This document shows, piece after piece, positions 1-6,097 of a stretch of 32,000 nucleotides of DNA. Within the stretch, counting starts at the first letter, position 1, and every line of letters begins with the position of its first letter. The notes beneath the pieces were generated by a model. That model was not told the origin of the DNA and searched no databases. It saw only the letters and a program-made list of their open reading frames with translations. Location: positions 2,430,001-2,462,000 of the forward strand of contig CP060262.1 in assembly GCA_022646745.1 (NCBI GenBank), given 5' to 3'. Made by a program: the position numbers and the translations under genes. Origin of the DNA: Planctomycetales bacterium (GTDB lineage: Bacteria; 4484-113; JAFGCY01).

Positions 1-581
1 TCCAGCAGGCAGTGCTGCTGGTCCTGCACCTTGGTGTTACAGGTGATGTAGTCAAACGGGATTTCCTTCAGCGCGGTGAAGCTGGCAATCAGTTTACTCC
101 TGCCCTTGCTCGATGGGAAACTCATCCAACGCTTGCCGTCGAACCACAGTGCATCCCCGGCGAACAGCACGGAGCCGTCCGGCAGGTCGACCAGGTAGCA
201 CACCCCGCCCGGCCGGTGCCCCGGCGTTGGCACCACGTCGATGTCACTGGCCAGCCGGCGATGCTCAAACGGAAAGGCCGTCACATGGACGCATTTCTGC
301 TCGACCGCCTCGCGCTCGGCTTCGCTGCAGTACAGGCTGCAGCCGAAGTGCTCGCTGACCTCATCGCAGTGCGCCGTACGGAAATGGCTGTCACCAAGCA
401 GCTGCATGCCGATGCCGCCCATCGCTTCCAGGTCCGCGAAGCGCTCCGTGATCGTCGACTGATTCGAGAAGCAGGGGAACAGCAGGTTGCCACGTTTGCG
501 CTTCACGAAGAAGGAGATGTATTTCAGCGCAGTCGCCTTGCTGGGCTCAACGACGTACAGGTTCTTCAGTAGTTCCCTCAC
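1..581 (-). CDS. MBL-fold (metallo-beta-lactamase superfamily) protein, partial; 3' end lies beyond the window start
   Basis: Absent from the ORF track because it runs off the edge. My minus-strand translation from GTG 579-581 stays open to position 1: MRELLKNLYVVEPSKATALKYISFFVKRKRGNLLFPC...LLGDSHFRTAHCDE...DIDVVPTPGHRPGGVCYLVDLPDGSVLFAGDALWF. PTPGH-x-PG and F-x-GD resemble MBL-fold motifs, but the usual HxHxDH motif is degenerate (DSHFRTAH). The GTG overlaps the upstream stop (GTGA). The + ORF 12..572 is its antisense shadow. Confidence 0.55.
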   Translation of the reverse strand, partial: MRELLKNLYVVEPSKATALKYISFFVKRKRGNLLFPCFSNQSTITERFADLEAMGGIGMQLLGDSHFRTAHCDEVSEHFGCSLYCSEAEREAVEQKCVHVTAFPFEHRRLASDIDVVPTPGHRPGGVCYLVDLPDGSVLFAGDALWFDGKRWMSFPSSKGRSKLIASFTALKEIPFDYITCNTKVQDQQHCLL

Positions 582-1414
582 TCGCCCTCCGTGATGCCAA
601 TGGCCTCGCCGACCCAGGCACAGCCACCGAGCTGCTGCTCGCCGTGGATCACGGTGGCGATCATGCTGGAGTAAGCTCCGGACATGCTGTCCTGGCAGCT
701 GGCGCTGGCGAATTCGATGGCGATCTCCGCTCCTTCGCCCATCGGCACGCCGGAGATGTTGACAAAGTTCTCGTCCGCTGTCATTTCCGACACGCTGAAA
801 TTCCACTGGCCTTCCGGCGTCGTCAGTGAGAGCAGTCCATTGCTGAACACGGTGATGCCCCAGAAGGGCTCATTGCCGGCGGCCCGGTAGACGACATTCG
901 AGAGGTCCTCCTCGCAGCCGCTGGTCTCCCCGATCGGTGCCGCATGCCACAGCCGCTCGAGGGTCATCGTGGCCTCTCCCATGCTCACATCCATGATCGC
1001 ATAGAACTGCCCGTCCGGGCCGACGAGGTCCGGGGCGGCGGTGCGCAGTGAGTTGGCAGCGTCGTCATTTATGCTCATCTCGCTCAGGCCGCAGGGGGTG
1101 AAGAAGAAACCGGTGCCATTGGCTGTGATGACGCCGCGCATGCGACGCACTTCACCCTCATGCGACATCTCACATGGGTTGGACTCGTCCATGCCCTCTG
1201 CTGCCGCATCTGTCTGTTCACCGGCATCTGCGATTGTTCCGGAATCGGCCGGCTCGCTGTCGCAGGGGTTGGCTTGGCTGTCAGCAGCCGGCTGGCTGCC
1301 GGCATTGCTTGCCGCAGTGTTGCTCCTGTCTTCACCGGACTTGTCAACGCAGGCGCTCAGGCAGAGCGACGCCAGCAGCAGGCAGCTGCTTAACAGATTC
1401 CCAAAGTGCTTCAT
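578..1414 (-). CDS. two-domain lipoprotein, paralog A (function unknown)
   Basis: Signal peptide with a canonical lipobox (LCLSAC). An acidic low-complexity linker is followed by a Cys-framed domain (NPCEM...FFFTPC...GCEEDLS). A second domain carries GNEPFWG and C-x-D-x-MSG...GGC motifs, which I recall from COG3650-type lipoproteins; this needs an HMM check. About one third identical by eye to ORF 1496..2317. Confidence 0.6.
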   Translation of the reverse strand: MKHFGNLLSSCLLLASLCLSACVDKSGEDRSNTAASNAGSQPAADSQANPCDSEPADSGTIADAGEQTDAAAEGMDESNPCEMSHEGEVRRMRGVITANGTGFFFTPCGLSEMSINDDAANSLRTAAPDLVGPDGQFYAIMDVSMGEATMTLERLWHAAPIGETSGCEEDLSNVVYRAAGNEPFWGITVFSNGLLSLTTPEGQWNFSVSEMTADENFVNISGVPMGEGAEIAIEFASASCQDSMSGAYSSMIATVIHGEQQLGGCAWVGEAIGITEGE

Positions 1415-1495
1415 AATGCTTCCTTCCTATTGCCAGATGGGACAAGCCCGGTCTGGCCTGATTCTAGCACCGTGCGCCGGATCAGGGGTTGCTGG

Positions 1496-2317
1496 CTATT
1501 CGCCTGCCGGTGTGGGATCCGGTTGCTCTTCCGGCATTTCAGCAAGCTCGCCCGGCCAGGCCACACCGCTGTGGATGCCTCCGGAGTATCCAAGTCTGGC
1601 CTGCATGCCAAACCAGTCGCCACTCTCACTGTCCACGCTACCTGCCTCTGTGACATCAAGCTCAATGCTGCTGCCATCCACAGGGTTACTGCCGGTGTAG
1701 ATCGTCCGGCCAGGTTCTCGGCGCAATCCGCTGAAGTCATAGAGTGTCTCGTCTATCCCACTGCCGTCGTCAGTCGGCATCAGCAGCGCGATCACCCGGC
1801 TGCCGCGCACTTCCACGCCCCAGTAGGGTTCACTGCCGCGTGCCAGCAGCAGCAGGCCGGACAGGTCCTCGCGGCAACCGAGACTGCGGCCGGTCGGCGA
1901 TGCCCGCCAGAGCTGCTCAAGCGACATTCCATCGTTGTCGATCATCACATCCAGCTGTACATACAGGCTGCCGCTTTCGTTGCCCATCCGCAGCAGCTGC
2001 TCCGCCAGCAGTCCGTCAGCGTTGTCATTGATCGGCAGGGCATCACTGGCATTGCACTGGGTGAACAGCAGCCCGTTGCTGCCATATTGCAGCGTGCCGC
2101 GCATCCGCAGGCGGCCTGCATCCGGCAGCATGGCACAGGGGTTGGCAGGTTCAGCCGTGCTTTCAGGATTCGCTGCATCCGGACTGACAGCCTGCTCCGG
2201 TTGGCTGTCCGCTTGGGCAGTCTCGCTGGAGCCTTGCTGTTGCGGTTCATCGTTACATGACAGGCAGGCCAGGGCCATGAGCAGGATTGCCATGCAGATA
2301 TGGATTCCATTTTTCAT
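1496..2317 (-). CDS. two-domain lipoprotein-like protein, paralog B (function unknown)
   Basis: N-terminal signal peptide ending ALACLSC, a less canonical lipobox. It has the same architecture as paralog A (NPCAM...LLFTQC...GCREDLS...GSEPYWG), but the C-terminal Cys/MSG motif of paralog A is lost. Its ATG overlaps the stop of the upstream DUF2007 gene (ATGA at 2314-2317). Confidence 0.6.
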   Translation of the reverse strand: MKNGIHICMAILLMALACLSCNDEPQQQGSSETAQADSQPEQAVSPDAANPESTAEPANPCAMLPDAGRLRMRGTLQYGSNGLLFTQCNASDALPINDNADGLLAEQLLRMGNESGSLYVQLDVMIDNDGMSLEQLWRASPTGRSLGCREDLSGLLLLARGSEPYWGVEVRGSRVIALLMPTDDGSGIDETLYDFSGLRREPGRTIYTGSNPVDGSSIELDVTEAGSVDSESGDWFGMQARLGYSGGIHSGVAWPGELAEMPEEQPDPTPAGE

Positions 2318-2568
2318 TCGTTGTCATCCTCTGTATCCGAACCACTCTCGGCAAGCTCACCCAGCGTACCTAGAAATCCGCCGATTTGCTCGCGTGCACG
2401 ACCCTCATCCTCGGCGAACACCAGTATGTGACCGGCATGTACGCGCGGGCCACCTTCGATAACCTGGTCGGATTGAATCATGCAGGAAATTCCATTTTCA
2501 ATGAGAAGATCCATCACTGACTGCGCCATCAGCTCGCTCTTTGTCCAATAGACGGAAACTTTTGCCAT
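2314..2568 (-). CDS. DUF2007-like small protein (putative signal-transducing, PII-like fold), paralog A
   Basis: MAKVSVYWTKSELMAQSVMDLLIENGISCMIQSDQ...ILVFAEDEGRAREQI fits the DUF2007 pattern: a short beta-alpha-beta unit, G-I, then a V-x-V-x-x-x-D/E-x-x-x-A tail. Acidic C-terminus. Highly similar to ORF 2621..2881. Confidence 0.65.
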   Translation of the reverse strand: MAKVSVYWTKSELMAQSVMDLLIENGISCMIQSDQVIEGGPRVHAGHILVFAEDEGRAREQIGGFLGTLGELAESGSDTEDDNE

Positions 2569-2620
2569 ATAGAGATTATTGCTGAAGAGCCAAGTTAGCG
2601 TGAAGCGATTCCGCCATTTC

Positions 2621-2881
2621 TCATCCGGCTACATCCTCATCCGTTGTCTCATACTCCGCCAGCTGTCCAAGCGTCCCCTGGAAACCACCGATCAGTTCCA
2701 GCGCTCGGTCCTCATCTTCGCTGAACACCAGGATGTCCCCATAGTAGCCGCGCGGCGTGAAGTTGTAACCTGCCGTCTGGTCAGAACGGATCATGCAGGC
2801 AATGCCGTTCTCATCGAGCATGTCCTTGATCGTCATTGCGAGGAACTCTGATGGAGCCTTGAATACAGATACTTTTGCCAT
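2621..2881 (-). CDS. DUF2007-like small protein, paralog B
   Basis: The ORF track begins at 2917. I place the start at ATG 2879-2881 (MAKVSVFKAPSEF...) because that aligns residue-for-residue with the N-terminus of paralog A. The upstream extension would also overlap a terminator and promoter. Confidence 0.65.
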   Translation of the reverse strand: MAKVSVFKAPSEFLAMTIKDMLDENGIACMIRSDQTAGYNFTPRGYYGDILVFSEDEDRALELIGGFQGTLGQLAEYETTDEDVAG

Positions 2882-2887
2882 ACTGAG

Positions 2888-2917
2888 ATTATAGGCAAGG
2901 GCTGCACGCCTGCACAA
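2888..2917 (-). promoter_or_regulatory. putative sigma-70-type promoter giving a leaderless DUF2007-B transcript
   Basis: Minus strand reads TTGTGC-N18-TATAAT-ctcagt-ATG. The perfect -10 hexamer (plus 2888-2893) ends 6 nt before the ATG, and there is no Shine-Dalgarno sequence. Confidence 0.3.
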
Positions 2918-2944
2918 AAAAAGGGGAGGGCCGGAGCCCTCCCC
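2916..2944 (-). terminator. rho-independent terminator after the dockerin/cohesin lipoprotein gene
   Basis: Minus strand: GGGGAGGGC-tccg-GCCCTCCCC, a 9-bp GC stem, followed by a run of 7 T. It lies about 45 nt after the stop at 2989. Confidence 0.75.
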
Positions 2945-2988
2945 AATGGATTCACATTCAAGCCTGGCTTGCGCCAGACCTCCAATTA

Positions 2989-4623
2989 CTAGCTGGCCGG
3001 ACCGATGTTGATGTCCAGCGGCGGGCCGAGGATCGGGTTGACGGCAGGCACGCCGAACTCCTCACCCCACATCAGGATGAAGGTTGAGCTCTGCGGCCAG
3101 CGGATCGCCTCGGTATTGCTGCCCTCCGCGATGGCGCGGAACTTGATGTAGCCCACGTTGCCACTGCCGTCCACCACGGGCGTGCCCTTCTTCTGGGTGT
3201 CGTTGAAGCCGAGCAGTACATACGGGCTGTCCGCCGGGGCGACATTGTCAATTCCGATGAACAGCGGGTCTGACAGCAGGTTCACACCGCTGAACGCGCC
3301 ATCGGTGTATTCAGGCAGGATCTGGTCCGCACTGTCCACCTCGACAACCTCAAGGATGGAGCCGTCGTACTCAAGGCGCATGTTCGCGCTGAACAGGCCG
3401 ATCACGTCAGTGATGCGCACGGCCACCCAGAACTCGTCGCCAACCGTCAGGCTGCCGGTCGCCGGATCCTGGATCACGAGGTCAACCGGGGCGCCCTTCG
3501 GGGACACGCCGACCTTGGCAATGTTGCTGACCGGGCCCTCATGCGGGGTCTGGCCCTGGCCGGCAAGCGGCACCACAGCCCAGGCGTACTCACCACCGGT
3601 GTCCGGCACGGTGTCGTCAACGAATGTATATGTCAGGCGCACGCCGGTGCTGGGCACCTCGCTGCGCGGAGCGCTTGGCAGGCCCGGGTCAGCCTTGTTC
3701 TCGACCTTGCTCCAGCGCGGGTCCTTCACGTCAGCCGTCGGGTCCTCGCTGGCGGATGACAGCGCGGTGCGGTAGACGTCGTAACCGGTGATCTGAGTGT
3801 TGAAGTTCTGGCCGATCGGCGTGATGTCAGCGAGCGTGATCAGGCCGTTGAAGTCACCGTCCACGATCTCCACCTTGGGAGAAGCGTCCGGGTCTTCCTT
3901 GTCATAGCTCTTGCCGAGGTTGATGCCGAGCGGGGTGATGTCCGCGATGGTCACCACGCCATTGATGTCATAGTCGCCGGTCAGGCGCTCGCGCCAGCTC
4001 AGAGTGGCAATCGCCTCACCGTTGTCCTGCGCGATCAGCTGCTGCTGGGCCACGAGGCCGACCTTGTTGTTCGGGGTGTCGATCGCCATGGTGCTGCGCT
4101 CGGGTACGGCCGCTCCGGATGCGATACTGAGCGTTGCCAGCGGACGGTCAGTGGCAAGCAGGGCAGTGTTGCGTCCGCTGATGCCGATTGCCTGGGTGCC
4201 GCCCGGCATGTTGACGCTGATGCCGATTGCGCCTGCGTCACCGAACTCGACACCCGCCGCATGCTCATCGCCTGCATCGCTGCGCAGGTAGAGCAGGGCG
4301 GAGCCCACCGGCCGGCTGCTGCTGACCACGAGCTCGTTGCCATTGCGCTCCAGCTCAATCGATTCAAGTAACCCAGCGTCGGTCCGGTTGAAGCTGTCCA
4401 GCGCCGTCAGGGAGAAGCCGCCGGCCTCGACCCAGGCTGCACTGCGCAGGGCATCATCCAGCGGGATGACCTGCTCCATCGACTGCTGCGGCTGCCAGTT
4501 TTCGTACCCGGCAGCGTTGCCATTGTCCTGCGCTGCCTGCTGCAGCTCCTGGCCGCCTCCGCAGGCGCCAAGCATCATCGCGGCGCAAAGCAGCGCGGCA
4601 AAGTTCAGAGATGAAATGCGCAC
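2989..4623 (-). CDS. surface lipoprotein with a dockerin-like repeat pair and a C-terminal cohesin-like domain
   Basis: I prefer the GTG start at 4623: AAGGAG lies 8 nt upstream, and a predicted -10 at 4689-4694 puts the transcription start downstream of the ORF-track start at 4683. N-terminus: M/VRISSLNFAALLCAAMMLGAC (lipobox LGAC). Two dockerin-like segments: GDYDINGVVTIADITPLG and VDGDFNGLITLADITPIG (nt 3799-3981). The C-terminal ~150 aa (nt 3049-3495) are cohesin-like: LTVGDEFWVAVRITDVIGLFSANMRLEYDGSILEVVEV. Confidence 0.65.
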   Translation of the reverse strand: MRISSLNFAALLCAAMMLGACGGGQELQQAAQDNGNAAGYENWQPQQSMEQVIPLDDALRSAAWVEAGGFSLTALDSFNRTDAGLLESIELERNGNELVVSSSRPVGSALLYLRSDAGDEHAAGVEFGDAGAIGISVNMPGGTQAIGISGRNTALLATDRPLATLSIASGAAVPERSTMAIDTPNNKVGLVAQQQLIAQDNGEAIATLSWRERLTGDYDINGVVTIADITPLGINLGKSYDKEDPDASPKVEIVDGDFNGLITLADITPIGQNFNTQITGYDVYRTALSSASEDPTADVKDPRWSKVENKADPGLPSAPRSEVPSTGVRLTYTFVDDTVPDTGGEYAWAVVPLAGQGQTPHEGPVSNIAKVGVSPKGAPVDLVIQDPATGSLTVGDEFWVAVRITDVIGLFSANMRLEYDGSILEVVEVDSADQILPEYTDGAFSGVNLLSDPLFIGIDNVAPADSPYVLLGFNDTQKKGTPVVDGSGNVGYIKFRAIAEGSNTEAIRWPQSSTFILMWGEEFGVPAVNPILGPPLDINIGPAS

Positions 4624-4688
4624 TAGGAATTCTCCTTCCTGTAATAGCGGGAATCGCGTGGAAACGCTCCCAGCCAAGCCCAATACCG

Positions 4689-4717
4689 ATTATACAGTGA
4701 TCCGCCCCGGCATAAAA
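4689..4717 (-). promoter_or_regulatory. putative promoter of the dockerin/cohesin lipoprotein gene
   Basis: Minus strand reads TTTTAT-N17-TATAAT. The -10 is perfect (plus attata, 4689-4694) and the -35 is weak. Confidence 0.35.
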
Positions 4718-4769
4718 GCACCTCCAGTCCAATGAATTTCCGGACGCTCCCTGCTGATATCCTTCAGTC

Positions 4770-5567
4770 GTGTCCCAGCCCGGGATCAGCAACCAGCCGG
4801 CCCTGCTTGTGGGCACCCAGCCGCGTGCGGAGGCGGATAGCCTTGTGCGGCTCTATACACCCGGATTCGGTGCGCTGACACTGGTGGCACGCAGCCTGCG
4901 CAAGCCGGGCAGCAAGCTCGCCGGCCAGCTCAAGCCGGCGGATGAGCTGCTGGTCAGCGCTGCTGCCGGACGCGCTGGGGGGCGGATCCTGACCTCCGTC
5001 AGCAGCCAGCGTGACCATCGCATCTGGCAGCAGGACCTGAACCTGCTGGCGCTCTATTGGTTCATGCTGGAGTGCTCCTGGCTGGCCAGTGCGGATGATG
5101 CAAGCAATGCGGACGGCTTTCGCCTGCTGGTGAACCTGCTTCGTTCCGTGGATGAACCCGGGCAGCGCAACAGCCTGGCTGCGGTGTTCTGCATCCGCTT
5201 CCTGGCCCTGCATGGCATGCTGCCCGACCTGCACCACGATGAGGACAGTGATGAGCCGCTGGCCGGGGATGCACTGTGCCGGGCGTCCTTCAACGGCCTT
5301 GTGGATTCTGCCCGTGCTGCAAGCGCTGGGATCCCCCCTTACGGCCTGCTGCGGATCAGTCAGGCGCGGCTGCAGCGCTGGCGCAGGTGGATGTCACGGC
5401 CGCTGCTGGAGTACCCTGGGCAGGAGGCTGATATTGTGGATGTGTCGTTACTGGTCGGCTTCACACGCAACCACGTCGCGGAATCGGCGGGGACTGCGGT
5501 TCGCAGTGCGGAATTCCTGCAGCGCCAGTGGAAGCTGAGCCGCCTGCAGGATTTGGCCGGAAGCTAG
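4770..5567 (+). CDS. recO: DNA repair protein RecO
   Basis: GTG start. The N-terminal OB-fold pattern ALLVGTQPRAEADSLVRLYTPGFGALTLVARSLRKPGSKLAGQLKPADELLV, followed by the helical LLALYWFMLE region, matches RecO as I remember it. I saw no clear Cys4 zinc motif. Confidence 0.55.
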   Translation: MSQPGISNQPALLVGTQPRAEADSLVRLYTPGFGALTLVARSLRKPGSKLAGQLKPADELLVSAAAGRAGGRILTSVSSQRDHRIWQQDLNLLALYWFMLECSWLASADDASNADGFRLLVNLLRSVDEPGQRNSLAAVFCIRFLALHGMLPDLHHDEDSDEPLAGDALCRASFNGLVDSARAASAGIPPYGLLRISQARLQRWRRWMSRPLLEYPGQEADIVDVSLLVGFTRNHVAESAGTAVRSAEFLQRQWKLSRLQDLAGS

Positions 5568-6079
5568 GCCGGGATCTGCTTCTCCAGGAAGCGGATCACC
5601 TTCACCAGCCGTTGGTCCTCAATCAGGTCACGAGCCTTTCCGAGCGCTGCCCGGGCCACTTCAAACTCACCCTTGCGAATACGTACGGCGGCTGCAACCA
5701 TCGCGACTATGCCGGGGAAATCAGCCAGGGTTTCGCGGGGCAGGGAAGTCACTAGCTTCTGGGCGTCATCGCTGCGGTGTTCCGTCAGCAGGCGGATTGC
5801 CTGCAGCAGTTCGTGGGGGATTTCCTGTGCGCCATCACTGGATGCCACACTGTCCTCATCCGCGGCGGTTGCTGCCTGGTTCGGGGCCGTGCTGCCATTC
5901 TGCTGGGCCACATCCACGGACATCACCTCGCGTACGACCTTGGTCAGCTTGCCGAGCTGGGAAACGATGTTTCCGATGCGCTGTGACAGTTCCTCGACCT
6001 GCATCTCCAGGTGCTGGACGCGCACTCGGGTCGCCTTGAGCTCCTCTGCGAGATCACTTTCGGAGGATGAATAATCCAC
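5564..6079 (-). CDS. coiled-coil protein with a C-terminal helical-repeat end (function unknown); third gene of the pseudokinase-TPR operon
   Basis: GTG start 18 nt after the stop of the giant gene, with GAAGGA upstream. Heptad-like N-terminus: DLAEELKATRVRVQHLEMQVEELSQRIGNIVSQLGKLTKVV. A low-complexity linker precedes a TPR-like end: VAAAVRIRKGEFEVARAALGKARDLIEDQ. No signal peptide. Confidence 0.6.
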   Translation of the reverse strand: MDYSSSESDLAEELKATRVRVQHLEMQVEELSQRIGNIVSQLGKLTKVVREVMSVDVAQQNGSTAPNQAATAADEDSVASSDGAQEIPHELLQAIRLLTEHRSDDAQKLVTSLPRETLADFPGIVAMVAAAVRIRKGEFEVARAALGKARDLIEDQRLVKVIRFLEKQIPA

Positions 6080-6097
6080 TAACCAGTCAATCCTTCT

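Noticed and set aside
12-572. 186-aa + strand ORF at the left edge
   Set aside because: The opposite strand encodes a recognisable MBL-fold protein (PTPGHRPGG, FAGD) that is translationally coupled to the upstream gene. The + ORF has no recognisable motif and is taken as its shadow.
1406-2260. 284-aa + ORF, and 28528..29253 (241-aa minus ORF)
   Set aside because: They overlap the lipoprotein B gene and the outer-membrane protein gene respectively on the opposite strand. The accepted frames have signal peptides and paralog or beta-signal support, and these ORFs have none.
4624-4683. N-terminal extensions in the ORF track (4683, 2917, 16431, 20952, 20992, 24415)
   Set aside because: In each case a downstream start has a good SD and/or restores a sensible N-terminus (signal peptide, paralog alignment, ortholog collinearity). 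The extension overlaps the neighbouring gene, a terminator or a predicted promoter.
4687-4698. 12-mer CGATTATACAGT shared with 28001-28012
   Set aside because: Both copies are the minus-strand -10 region (ACTGTATAATCG) of predicted promoters. The match is explained by the TATAAT hexamer plus a few flanking bases. Two occurrences are not enough to call a repeat family or an extended motif.
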